Source: Eledone cirrhosa
Taxonomy: Eukaryota
Assembly (NCBI GenBank): GCA_964016885.1
Contig: OZ024746.1
Location: 32,364,001 to 32,428,000 of the forward strand
Direction of reading: 5' to 3'
DNA: 64,000 nt
The stretch's first letter is position 1. Every line of letters begins with the position of its first letter. Of this stretch, positions 25,285-38,143 are shown in pieces. The position numbers and the translations under genes are program-made. The notes under the pieces are model-generated. The model saw nothing but the letters and a program-made list of their open reading frames with translations, did no database searches and was not told the origin of the DNA.

Positions 25285-27075
25285 AACAGGTTGATATCAT
25301 CATCATCATCATCAACGTTTAACGTCCGTGTTCCACGCTTGCATGGGTTTGGACGGGGGTAGTCCCACTTGAGGCAAGAGTGATTGTCTTGCTCGCATAG
25401 GACTGTCTGGCAGGTTTTCTACAGTTGGATGCCCTTCCTAACACCAACCACATTTACAGTGTGGGGCTGGGAGGTTTTTACCGTGTTGCCTACACGGCCA
25501 CATTACAGCGTGGACTGTGTGTTTTTTTGTCGTGACACCTACACGATCTCATTTGTTTCGGCCTGGATGTTGTGGCACCAACATATCTTTACATAGGAGG
25601 GGGTGGGGTGGATGGGGTGGGGGTGGTGAGACGGGTGTGTATTTTGTTAGAGATGCCTACTGGCTGTAGTAGGTTTTACTATGTATTTAGGTAAGGCGGG
25701 TCTTCTCTATTACTGAGTACCGCCAAAGGTCTTGGTCCAGTGACATTGTCTTGGAGAGGTGTAAGTGCGTGAGGTCGGAGTTTATCAGCTCGTCCCAGGA
25801 TTTTCTAGGTCTGCCTATTCCGTGGCTACCGTCTATCTTTATTGCCCTGCACTTTGTTATACAGCTATCGACTTTCATGCGCATCACGTGTCCGTACCAA
25901 CGTAGCCTTCTCTCGAGTAAACAACATCTGATCCCTCTTATTTCTAATTTTTTCCTTAGTTCGTTTATGCTTTGCCGTTAACGTATATTACTATTACACA
26001 TCCAGTGGAGCATGCAAGCTTCGTTCCTCTCTAGTCTGCGTATATCCTCTGCACACAATGCCCAGGTCTCACTGCCATGCAACATTGCTGTTCGTATACA
26101 GGCATCATACAACCTGCCTTTCATTTTTAGGGAGAGCCCTTTAGCGGCTAATAGTGGTATAAGCTCTCTGAACTTTTTCCATCCAGTTCTGACTCTAGCT
26201 ACTGTACTTTCAGAGCACCCCCCCCCCCCCCCCACTGCTGATTTTGTCACCAAGGTAACGGAAGCTGTCCACTATTTCTATAGAGCCCTCTGCGCAGTTG
26301 TAAGAGCTAGTATTTTGTGGGTACTCGCTGCTACTTATTGCCCCAGAGCACCGCCCACATGTAAAATCTAAGTTCTTAGTTAGCTTACCTGTGATCCCAC
26401 TACATCTTTTATGCACCCATACTTTGCATTTGGGACATAAAATGGAGTTTCTACCTACGCCTTTCCTACACACTGAGCATGGCCATTTCCCGGAAGGCAC
26501 CGTCACCTTATTTTCTTTCCTACAGACTAGAACTTTAGTCTTAGCCAGGTTAATTTTAAGGCCTTTTGATTCTAGGCCGTGCTTCCATGTTTGGAATTTC
26601 TTCTCTAGCTCGGCCATTGATTCAGCTATGAGTGTCAGGTCGTCTGCGTATAGGAGTTCCCATGGGCAGCCGGTCTTGAACTCCTCTGTTATAGCCTGAA
26701 GGGCAATAATAAATAGCAGGGGGCTGAGAACAGAGCCCTGATAGACGCCAACTTTTACGCTAAACTCTTCACTATATTCGTTGTTAACTCTAACCTTGCT
26801 GACTGTTTCTTTATACATGGCTTGTATAGCTCTCACAAGCCATTCGTCGACACCTAGTTTTCTAAGGGCCCACCAGATAATGGAACGGGGGACTCTGTCG
26901 AAGGCTTTCTCCAAGTCGACGAAAGCTAAGTAGAGGGGTTTACCTTTAGCTAGGTACTTCTCCTGTAGTTGACGTACAATGAAAAGAGCGTCTGTGGTAC
27001 TTTTGCCTGACACAAACCCGAACTGCATTTCATCTAGGTCAATTCTCTCTCTGATTAGTTGCACTATTACTTTGA
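25285..27075 (-). mobile_element. RTE-clade LINE, 5'-truncated, RT with Cys-rich (PHD-like) insert
   Basis: QFGF..GKST.DA, AFVDLEKAFD, GVYQGSVLSP, LLYADD, CSVC..CPKC..WVHKRC..CGRC; frameshift in the poly-C run at approx. 26218-26233; 3' UTR and (GAT)n tail. Confidence 0.95.
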
Positions 27076-27472
27076 TACACAATAAATATTTTTCATATGT
27101 AAACTAAACTTCCTCGTTTTTTTTCTATTATATTTTTTTCTATATATATATATATATACTCACATCATATTTTCATGGTAAAAGGTGTGTGTGACTTATA
27201 CCCATGCAGGATACATGAAATAAAAACAAGACAGACATATTGTTGACAATTTTTATTACACCTTAATCAAAAAAATTGTCAGATCCATGATCTTGTTCAG
27301 GGACGTGGAAGTGTAATACTGTGGGATTGGTTAGAAACATATAAACATAGAATTTAAAGCTTGAATTTATCAACAGAAAAATAGACTGATGTTTAAAATG
27401 GAATTTTAGCTGCCAAAAGTTGAATGAAATTGGTTCTGCTGCCAAGCAGCTTATGTACAACAACATGGAATA

Positions 27473-27519
<47 letters not shown>

Positions 27520-28338
27520 CATACATATATATATATATTTCAAAGTTTGCACAATGAGAATAATATACAGAGACAACACAGAAAACAATGCCCACCTGTT
27601 CAGCCATCCACTATAGATCACAAAAAATCCTGGTTTTGATGCACACATCAAAGGTACCTACCAAAATTAATAAATAGAAATCTGCTGGAAAGAAAAGCAA
27701 AGTGGACAAAAGAGAAAGATTCTTTTGAATATTAATAAAATGAATACATTTATGCTGTGGGGAAAACACTGAAAGAAAAAGAATATCTAGGGCCTTTCTA
27801 ACCAGACACAACAAACAAAATAAAGAGAGAAATATAAGCTATGCTCACATGAGGTCAGAAAAAAAGGAAGTAGAACTGGTAAAAGAGAAGTAGAGCTTGT
27901 AGGGAGCAGAATGGCATTCTGGAAGGACAGGGAGAGAAAAAAAATATATATATGACAAAAAAAAAAAAAAGAGTGTGAAAGATGAAAACAGTCAAGAGAA
28001 GAAGGAAATATTTGCAGGTATAAACAATGTTTTGTAGTAAACAATGTACATGGTAAACACATTTTGTAGTAAACATTGTATGTAGTAAACAATGTATGTG
28101 GACCAAATCTGCATGTTTTCATTGAAAAGATAGAAATGTTAGCACAATAGGGACACAAATATATACAAGACATAGACACACATGGATAACACAGAAAAAC
28201 AATGCTAGCTTCTTCAGCCACAGACTATAGGTTACATAACAATCCAGTTTTGATGGATATGGTGGTACAGGGCCTATAGCTATAGCAATATCTTATCGAT
28301 GTATTGAAACACTTCTACAACTGTAAGGTAAATATGAC

Positions 28339-28380
<42 letters not shown>

Positions 28381-28430
28381 TATACATATATATATATCTC
28401 CAGGAAGTGTAACGTCATTACAACAGCAGA

Positions 28431-28505
28431 GGTCTGACGAGCTTTTGATTCCAGAGTCAGGCCAGATTGAACCTTGAGCTGATCAATAGCGAAACACGTG
28501 TCACT
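28431..28505 (+). ncRNA. Minimal type-I hammerhead ribozyme
   Basis: ggt CTGACGA gcttttgat...atcaatagc GAAA cacgtg TC act; palindromic CACGTG helix III, GUC cleavage triplet; next to (TA)n. Confidence 0.78.
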
Positions 28506-29673
28506 AATCAATATACGTAATGAAGGCATAACAAATTGCCCTTGTATTCATCATCATCATTGTTTAACGTCTATCTTGTATTAGTATATATATATATGTA
28601 TAGACACACACACACACGCACACATATATATATATAAACATATATGCATATATATATATTTGTATATATGTGAATGTGTGTATGTGTGTGTCTATATATA
28701 TATATATGTGTATTTAGGTATAAATGACTTTGGTAGAGCACACAATAATTTATATAATGTATAATTGCCAGAAGAAGTAATAAAACACTGTTTATCACTT
28801 GAACCAAAAGTATAACAAAACATTGTTTATAATTTGAATCTAACCTTTTCATACATCACATGACTCCTATAAAGTTTGTTGTTAAAAGTGTTTTATCAAT
28901 ACAGTTTTGGAAAAGAGTTATTAACTCTTAGTGCTTGAATGACTAGTATAGCTTTCCAGCTATAATAAAATACATCATACATCAATACATATATTGGTAT
29001 ATAGGAAAAGTAGCAAAAGATAATATAATTTTGAATGAAATCAGAAAAGATGCAGTAAGGCATTAAAGAATTTGAAGAAATTTAGTTCATGGATTTTATT
29101 TTAAGACTTTGTAAATATATGTTCATATTTTATTTTTTAATTTTAATAGTGAGATAAATTAGGCAAAGGATAATTAGACAATGGATTATGCCTGTTGCCT
29201 TTGTAGAATTTGCCAGACTGGACAAATTTAGAGCTATAGACAAAATTATCAAGAATTTGGAGGGATTTAATAATATAACTAATTTTCTCATTATTAAGTT
29301 GATTTGATGTCTAGAACATAACTTATCAAAGGTTCTTACACAGATTTATTATGGAAGGTTTTTAGATAAATATAAACATCTTAAAACAAACAGTTTTGTA
29401 TCATAGAACCAGAAGTGGTTTAGTATAAAAAATGTTAAAGGATTTGAAGAGACATGTCATAAATATTGAAAATGAATAGAAAAATAGAAAAAAGATTTGA
29501 TTAAAGTTTACCGGAAATTTTAGTAAATTGTAGGTAATAAAAGTAATTTTGGTCCAAATGTACATACAATTTGGGTTTTAGTCTCCCAAACAACACTGAC
29601 ACACACACACACACATATGTATATATCAAAGAAGTAGTTTAGTTAATAGGAAGCATTGTGAAATATATAATAA

Positions 29674-29780
29674 ATGACTGATTAAAAAAGCCAGTACAAT
29701 GTAGTAGAAATATATAAAGGGCAAAGGATGAAATAAAACAAAACAAAGTAATGTTTTTACCCAGTATATTTCAACATAAT
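29674..29780. repeat. ~105-bp segment duplicated directly at 30457-30565
   Basis: atgactgattaaaaaagccagtacaatgt...tatatttcaacataa occurs twice. Confidence 0.8.
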
Positions 29781-30569
29781 ATTCCAGAGTTTTTACCCTC
29801 TTTTCAAATGTAAAAACAAGTATTCTTACCCAAGCTTAACTTCGAAACTTCGAAAGCCCTAGTCTATACTCCTTACTTACACCTCTTCTATCCTAAAATG
29901 CTAGCCACAACTCCATAGCAGCTGTTCTCAACATCACAGTACCTATTGGAAACAATCCCTTCCCCTCACACCCATCTCCCCGTCAAATCCTACTACCTTG
30001 ACATATATCCATGATATACTTGCTCACATCTCCTATCTACCACACACCCACGATATACTTATTTTCCTTCTTACTCATCTCCCTGTAGCAAGGAAGTGAG
30101 GCCTCTTCCACTGAGTGAATGTGCTGGTGCCACAGAAATGCACCTGGTACATTCTGTAAAGTGGTTGTTGATAGGAAGGACATCCAGCTGTAGAAAACTT
30201 GCCAAACAAAGAGTCAGGATAACGTTTTAGTTGAGTCAAAGACATGGCAATCTCTCTAGAGCTGGTGACATGATAGGATGAATCCAGTGTACACTAGACT
30301 GAGATAATGAATGTAAGCAAAATGTAGGTCCCTGGCCCATCCAAGGTTGTCAGTAGCTGAGTACTGACCAGGCCTGTTGATGACCTGTCCAATTATTGCT
30401 AGAAGGGAAATTAAACAACATTAAATGATAATGATGATATATATATATATATATATATGACTGATTAAAAAAGCCAGTACAATGTGGTAGAAATATATAA
30501 AGGGCAAAGGATGAGAAATAAAACAAAACAAAGTAATGTTTTTACCCAATATATTTCAACATAACATTT

Positions 30570-31462
30570 CACATCACCTGTGAACTATCGTCCAGTCAGT
30601 CTTACTAGCTGCATTGCCAAACTGTTGGAATCCTGTGTCAGAGAAACGCTTTGGAACTTCTGGAACTCTCACAGTCTTATCCGGCCCTCGCAATTTGGAT
30701 TTATCCCTAACTCCAACTGCTGTGATCAACTTATCGAGTTTCTTGAAGACATCACCCGGATCACTGATGGTGGCTCATGGGTGGATGTTGTTTTCCTTGA
30801 CTTTGCTAAAGCTTTCAATTCTGTGCCACACAAAAGACTTATAGTAAAACTCTCTGCAATAGGTGTGAAGGATGATCTTTTTAACTGGTTGAAGTCCTTC
30901 ATTCTCAGTCGAAGAGAGGTAGTCACGGTTCTAGGACAGCATTCCTCACCATATGAGATGTCATCTGGTGTACCACAGGGATCTGTTCTTGGCCCCCTTT
31001 TGTTTGTGGCATATATTAATGACATAGATGCCAACTTAAAGAATGCCACAGTACTGAAATATGCAGATGACATCAAGCTGTACCTTGAGATAAAAAGGAC
31101 AGATCCTGAACACTATAGATCTTGCTTGCAGTCTGACCTGGACACAATATAACAATAGATCACAGACTGGCAACTCAAGCTAGCTGTGGACAAGTGTACC
31201 ACCATGCATTTTGGGAGTAAAAACCCAGCGTCCACATACTCTCTCCACAACACTAATATCAAGAAGTCTTCTTGTGAACATGACCTGGGCATTACGGTCA
31301 GCAGGGATTTGCGTTGGACAAAGCATGTCTCTAAAATTGTCAAGAAGGCCAAGGGTGTCTTAGCATCACTCAGCAAGACCTTTGTTAGCCGCTCTCCAGC
31401 TATCTATTTAAAGCTGTATATAGCTATAGTGCGGCCACACTTAGAATTTGCATCACCAGTCT
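30570..31462 (+). mobile_element. CR1/Jockey-group LINE RT fragment (continues at 32541-32602)
   Basis: [62 protein letters not shown]; in-frame stops; resumes as QNIDRLETVQRRATKRIP. Confidence 0.9.
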
Positions 31463-31547
31463 GAGTATATATATATATATGTGTGTGTTTGTGTATATAT
31501 ATATGTGTCAGTATATATATATATGTATATATGTGTGCGTGTGTGTA

Positions 31548-31585
<38 letters not shown>

Positions 31586-31708
31586 AAGTTTTATTTAAAT
31601 TGTTGGGTTACAACGAGTAAATATTTATAACTGATATAAAAGCACTCAAGTATTTGGAGTATATTTACGATATTAAATAAATGGAAACTATATTTATAAA
31701 ACCATATT

Positions 31709-31774
31709 TATTTCATTATATATATTTCAGGGATATCATATTAAAAATATGGTATGCCTTCTTCAGACAAAATA
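31709..31774 (-). ncRNA. Hammerhead ribozyme
   Basis: Same motif as 22512-22577 on the minus strand. Confidence 0.75.
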
Positions 31775-31992
31775 CAATATAAACAGTCTTATAAATAGAT
31801 AGATTTGACATACCTTACAACTTCCATTTAAAAAGTTGATTTGGTAGTGAAAAATGTTAGGGACAGTTATAAAAAGAAAGAAAGAAAAAAAGAAATGTCC
31901 CTAACATTTTTCACTACCAAATCAACTTTTTAAATGGAAGTTGAAGTTGTAAGGTATGTCAAATCTATCTATTTATAAGACTGTTTATATTG

Positions 31993-32056
31993 TATTTTGT
32001 CTGAAGAAGGCATACCATATTTTTAATGATATCCCTGAAATATATATAATGAAATA
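31993..32056 (+). ncRNA. Hammerhead ribozyme
   Basis: tattttgt CTGAAGA aggcatacca..tgatatccct GAAA tatata TA atgaaata. Confidence 0.75.
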
Positions 32057-33263
32057 AATATGGTTTTATAAATATAGTTTCCATTTATTTAATATCGTAT
32101 ATATATATATATATTTATATATATATTTATATATTTATATATATATATGTATATTTATATATTTATATATATATGTGCATATGTATATATATATATATTT
32201 ACATATATATGCATACGTGTGTGTGTGTGTGTGTGTACATATATACATAAGTGTGTGTGTGTGTCTATCGATTTTCGAGATTCCTTGTTAATCCTTGAAG
32301 CAATATTTCTTTATAGATGAAAAATCGCTTACCTCACTCAGTGGCTCGTTCTGTTAGTTTGATGTTGTTATTACCTATGTATATATATGTGTGTATGTGT
32401 GTGTGTCTTTGTCTGTGTGTATATGTATACATATGGGTGTGTATATATATATATATATGGGGGGGGGGGTGTTCTATTCTTTCCTTTCCTTGTCAGTGAG
32501 TATGTTTCTTTAAAAAAAACAGAATGACGAGCATATATATGCTCAGAACATTGACCGCCTGGAAACTGTTCAGAGACGTGCAACCAAGAGAATACCCTTC
32601 CAAGGTAACTCTATCTCGTGTTATTATTTTTACACTCTTTCCTACGTTCCTCTACACCCTATACGTCTCATTCTACATTCCCTTTTACATCTCTCTCATC
32701 ACCACCTGATTCTGTTGCCCGGAGATTTACCCATCTTCATTGTTGGGGCTTCCAAAACGACAAATTTTCTTATTCGACAATGCTTCAACACTCTCTTATA
32801 CACATATATATATTAAATGGAGAAGATAGGTCTCTCTGAATGCAGGCAACCTGTCTAGGAGGGCGATAACTCTGAATAGAAAATAATAAAACATGAAATT
32901 CGACACATACACATATACAATATATATACATATTGGTTTTAGTTTCTGTCTTGCATTTTCTTTTTGACTTTGTGGAAAAAAAAATTAAAGAAATAATTTT
33001 CCTTTTCAGTTATTAGATTGATTATCTGAGTTGATTTTTTTTTTCTTTGCTGAGCCTTTTTTTTTATCATGTAGACAAATTCAGTGATTGTGACAATAAT
33101 GGTGGTGATGATGATGATGGAGATAATGATGGTGTACTTATTTGATCTATAAATAATATGCTTCCATCATTACCAGCATCATCATCCCCATCTTCATCAT
33201 CACCATCACTACCATCATCATCACCATCATAATCAGTGTGATCACCAGTTTTAGAACTTATTA

Positions 33264-33412
33264 TTAAGATCGAAACAAGAAGCCAAGTTCTTCAAGTTCT
33301 AATTTCATGGCATTCTTCTTCTCGTCTGATATTGTAACCAGGGGTAGCCGCGTGGGTCCCAGATCCATACCAAACAATGACAACATTGCTTTCTCTCTCG
33401 ATACAAGTTCAT
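33264..33412 (-). CDS. NPL: NPL-like terminal coding exon J (DELVSREKAMLSLFGMDLGPTRLPLVTISDEKKNAMKLELEELGFLFRS*)
   Basis: tttccag| acceptor; KA.M...G.D.GP.RLPL C-terminal family motif; ends TAA, followed by two further TAA. Confidence 0.95.
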
Positions 33413-33824
33413 CTGGAAAATAAACAATACCACAGGATTACATGGATACAACATATCATCATCATCATCATCATCACCATCACCATCATCAACATTACCA
33501 TCCTCACCATCATTATCATCATTATCATCATTATCATTGCCATTACCATCACTATCATCTTACAAGGTGGACTGGGTGCTTTTGTCATGGTACCAGCACT
33601 ACCATCTTACAAGATGGACTGGGTGTTTTTGTCGTAGCACCAACATTACCACTTTACAAATTAGAAGTAGAAATATTACTACTACTCTCTAAATAGGACC
33701 ATGGTATTGTTAGTACTCTCCAAATATGATCATCTACCATAAGGTCGTGGTATTGTTAGACAAGCACAGTTGGAGCTGTTTTTCACCATGGCACCAAATA
33801 GACTTTCTTTATTATATAACTTAC

Positions 33825-34115
33825 TGGGTAACACCTGGGTAGAGGAGTTCCAGTTAATTACACCTGTACATCTGGGTAGAGCATCCTCATCTAATTTCAC
33901 CTCTACCAGGTGTTTAATTAAACTACAGGTGTACAGGTGTAATTAGCTGGAAATCCTTAACACAGGTGTTTAACTGAAACTTCTCTACCAAACTACAGGT
34001 GTACAGGTGTAATTAACTGAAACTCCTCTACCCAGGTGTTTAAAAAACTACAGGTATGCAGGTGAAATTACCAGGAACTCTTCTACCCTGGTGTTTAACA
34101 AACTACAGGTGTACA
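33825..34115. repeat. Tandem-plus-inverted array (acaggtgtaattaactgaaactcctctacccaggtgtt)
   Basis: About 3-4 direct units preceded by an inverted unit. Confidence 0.6.
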
Positions 34116-34994
34116 GATTGTTTTGGTCACTGCTCTTGTTGTTGATGTTGCTATTACTGTTGCTGTTGTTGTTCCTGTAAGTTCTGTTGTTGTTCTTATT
34201 CCTGTAGGTGCAATTGTTGTTGCTCTTCTTGCTATTGTTGTTGTTGCTCTAGTTGTTATAACTGTGGTAGTTGTTGCTGTAGTTGCAGTAGTAGTAGTAG
34301 TAGTAGTAGTAATAGTAGTAGTAGTAGTGGTGGTGGTGGTGATGGTGGTGGTGGTAGTAGTAGTTGTTATCAATGCTATTGTTGCTGTAGTTGTCTTACA
34401 GTTTAGTCAGGAGTGTGTTATTTTCATTAAAACAGAGTGGAGTGACCCAGCATGAGATCTAAGAGATGAAAGCACAACTTCATATTTGTGTACAAACATT
34501 ATTAAATATTTGAGCACTTTACAGGGTGTAGACATGTCTGTAGGGTTAACAAGTTCACTTCGTGCAGGCCGATGTCTTCTATCACAGCCTCATATTGGCT
34601 AGAACCTTGTCAGGGCAATTTGGTAGATGGAGATTATGTGGATGCCAGCTATATACATTGCTCCTGTTCTCAGGCTGCAGACTTAATTTACTGCCTAGTT
34701 TAAGAATCCTACCTGATCCCAACGTTTCCAGTCACTCATACATTTGGAGTGACCACAACAACTTTGACCAAACACTAAAATCATGCCAAAATATGGAATG
34801 AATGAGCAAGGCATGATTTCAAACCCCCCAACCTATTTAGTCTCAGAATTTGACAACCCATCTAACCCATACCATAACTGAAAACAAACATAAAATGACA
34901 ACCTCCTTAGTGTTGGTGAACTACAAGATATATACACCCAGTACTCTCTGTAAAGTGGTTGGTTGTAATATAGTTGGTGATAGGAAAGGCATAC

Positions 34995-35313
34995 AGCAGT
35001 GGTTAGAGCATTGGCCTTGCAATCGAAAGGTTGTGAGTTCAATTCTCAGACCGGGTGATGTGTTGTTTCCTTGAGCAAGACACCTTATTTCACATTGCTC
35101 CAGTTTACTTGGCTGTAGAAATGAGATGATAGGGACTGGGGTCCCTATCATTCCACTGCAAAGTGGTCATGGAGGTGCCACGGGAAAAAAAGCACCCAGC
35201 ACTCACTGTAAATGAGGTTGGTGTTAGGAAGGGCATCCAGCTGTAGAAATCAAGCCAGAATCAGTTCCCGTCCCACCCTTGCAAGCAGGGAGAAGCGGAC
35301 GTAAAATGAAATG

Positions 35314-35315
<2 letters not shown>
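34995..35315 (+). mobile_element. SINE family B
   Basis: Near-identical to 6600-6940. Confidence 0.9.
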
Positions 35316-35347
<32 letters not shown>

Positions 35348-35531
35348 ATGCAAGCATGGAAAAGTGGATGTAAAAACGATGATGATGATGATGATATATA
35401 TATATACACACACATATATTAATGTTCTTGTTTGAAACAGAGAGAACCACAATTTAAGACAAAGTACTCAATACATGAAACAGAGTGTAAAGTAAAAGTG
35501 GTTGTGTATAAGAGATAAAAATTCTACTTAC

Positions 35532-35574
35532 CATTGTGTTTCGAGGTAATTTTTACCACATTCACAGCCATCAA
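35532..35574 (-). CDS. NPL: NPL-like exon I (LMAVNVVKITSKHN)
   Basis: ttgcag| acceptor and G|gtaagt donor; 43 nt; restores phase between exons H and J. Confidence 0.85.
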
Positions 35575-35834
35575 CTGCAAGTGGAAAAAATATGTATGAA
35601 GTTGGATGAATATAAAATTTTCTACTTGACTTTAAAGCTCTTTACATTTATTTTATATCATTTAATATCAGTATTATGTCTGTTTTATACCAGTATTATA
35701 TCTAATTTTATATCTGTATTATATCTGTTTTATATTTATTTTATATTTGTTTTATATCTATTTTATATCTATTTTACATATGTTCTATAGCTGCATTATA
35801 CCTATTTTATATCTGTATTATCATCATCATCATC

Positions 35835-36180
35835 ATCATCATTTTACGTCCGCTTTTCCCTGCTTGCAAGGGTGGGACGGGAACTGATTCTGGCTTGATT
35901 TCTACAGCTGGATGCCCTTCCTAACACCAACCTCATTTACAGTGAGTGCTGGGTGCTTTTTTTACGTGGCGCCTACACGTCCACTTTACAGTGTAGGCTG
36001 GCTTTTTTGCCGTGGCACCTCCACGACCACTTTGCAGTGGAATGATAGGGACCCCAGTCCTATCATCTCATTTCTCCAGCTGAGTAAACTGGAGCAATGT
36101 GAAATAAAGTGTCTTGCTCAAGGAAACAACACATCACTCGGTCCAAAATTGAACTCACAACCACTAAGCCATATGCCGCC
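35835..36180 (-). mobile_element. SINE family B
   Basis: Reverse-complement copy with an extra internal repeat unit and a deletion in the head. Confidence 0.88.
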
Positions 36181-36583
36181 ATATTATATCTCCATATATT
36201 ATATCTGTTTAATATTATATTTTTCACTAGAGATTCACTGGTGAGTTTATAATGCCATTAGTTGTGCATTTCTTTGTAATGAGAGAGAGAGGTGTATTTA
36301 GCTTTTGACTAGGGCTTCAATATGGGTAAAAACTGAAGTAATCCCAGTGGAAGGAAGCTGCAGTAGAGGAAGACCGAGACGGAAGTGGTAAGAGCTGATC
36401 TTAAATCGCTGTAGCTCACAGAGAAGATGACAAAGGAACGCAACAAGTCGAGAGATGTTTTAATGAGAAGGACACATCCAACCCATGCAAGCATGGAACA
36501 ACGGTAGTAAAATGATGATGAAGATGATGAAGGTTTGTCATTTGATAGAAAAACATCAAATTTAAGGCTATTTTATTTCTTAC

Positions 36584-36709
36584 TTGGTCTCTTTGAGCAG
36601 TTTCTGAGTCACCAGCTTCTAAGGCATTTTTCATTCTGTAGTATATTGGTGCCATGTAAGCAGGAATGGCTAAACAGGGAATTCCTATTGATAATGAAGG
36701 TAACATGTC
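36584..36709 (-). CDS. NPL: NPL-like exon H (DMLPSLSIGIPCLAIPAYMAPIYYRMKNALEAGDSETAQRDQ)
   Basis: poly-T tract plus gtacag| acceptor, |gtaaga donor; 126 nt, phase 0/0; A.E.GD...A...Q helix pattern. Confidence 0.9.
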
Positions 36710-38143
36710 CTGTACAAAAAAAAAAAAAAAAATAGAGCAAGAAATTCAAGATTGGCTTTGATGGTCCAATAAATAAAGAGAGAGCAACAACAATATCAAC
36801 ACCATTTTAATGATATTCTTTTTTAACAATTTCCTGACTGATTTTATTATAGAATATGCTATATTAATAAAGAATTTTAAGGGATTTACTAAAATTATTA
36901 ATTACTTTATTACTAAGATAGTTTATTTATCACCCATAAGAGGATGAAAGGTAAAGTATCAGTCCATTATTGGGGTCAATTCTTCCTTTATATTTTTTAC
37001 TCACTTCCTCTCTATTACACTCTCTCACTTCTTCTCTGGGAGAAATCGACTGTGTTCAGACCTAGAGAGGGGATGGACTCTATCAGGTTTAAAATGCTGA
37101 AGATATGCTGTATGTCACTACAGCATCCATAGAACTCCATCGGGAATTACAAGTCCATACAGGCAAATATAGTAACTTAACATACAACTCATGTATAAAA
37201 TAACATTGGAAGATTTTAATTTAAATAGGAAGCTTTTAAAATGGTTGGTTTGTTTCATAGAACTAGATCCAGTTTTGACTGGGTTGATATCAAAAGGGTT
37301 AAATCAATATGTTCATTTAATATAATGTATATTTTATACTTCACTGTTTTGCCTTTCTTCTTCCTTCCTGAGGAAGTTCATCAGTACAGTCCATGGGAAA
37401 TTCTTAAGAATTCCACATTTTTAAGGTTCAGGAATTCTACATGAGGATATGTTTGCCCTAAGACATACATTTGAAGAGAATTTTGACTGGCAGACCAGAA
37501 AAAAAACAACAAAAAAAAAAACAAAAAAACATAGCCTATATGGAAACTGAACATTTTAAACAGAAAATGTTCTTTCATGAAATTTAAGTTACAACATCAG
37601 AGTAAATAACTCTGATGAAAACTATATTTCTACTGAGATCTAGTTGTTTAATAATATCTTCTGGCTTCTATAATGGCTTCTACTCCCCAGAGAGAGAGAG
37701 AGAGAGGGAGAGCTATGGACAGGCAGACTGAGAGAGATGTAAACAACACAATTTAAATGGTATAACAAGGCAACAGAAAGATCCTAGACCAGGTAGAGAC
37801 TAGCTTCTATATTTTCATTTAATCAGCAAATTATATTAGATTCAACTGAACTCCTTTATCTTAGGATGACGGTGTGAAATTTGAATGTCTCATTCTAATA
37901 AAGAAATCTGTAATCAAAACTTATAACCTAAATATCTACTTTATTACATTACAACCTTAAAATTTTGTTTCTATTCAGCCAGAGCTTTTAGTGTCACCAA
38001 AGCTACACACACTCCTCAAGTTACCTGTTCTTCCTCTGTTTACACATCTAGCATTAACTTAAGCTACACACACTCCTCATACTACCTGTTCTTCCTCACA
38101 CTTAACATTGCTGTTTCCATGAACAAAATATTTATTTATTTAC

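Larger units (their letters stand above)
31581..32099 (-). mobile_element. Fold-back hammerhead element (~200-bp arms, 30-nt spacer) in (TA)n
   Basis: 31666-31865 versus 31896-32099 inverted; nearly identical to 22262-22710 in the opposite orientation. Confidence 0.85.
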
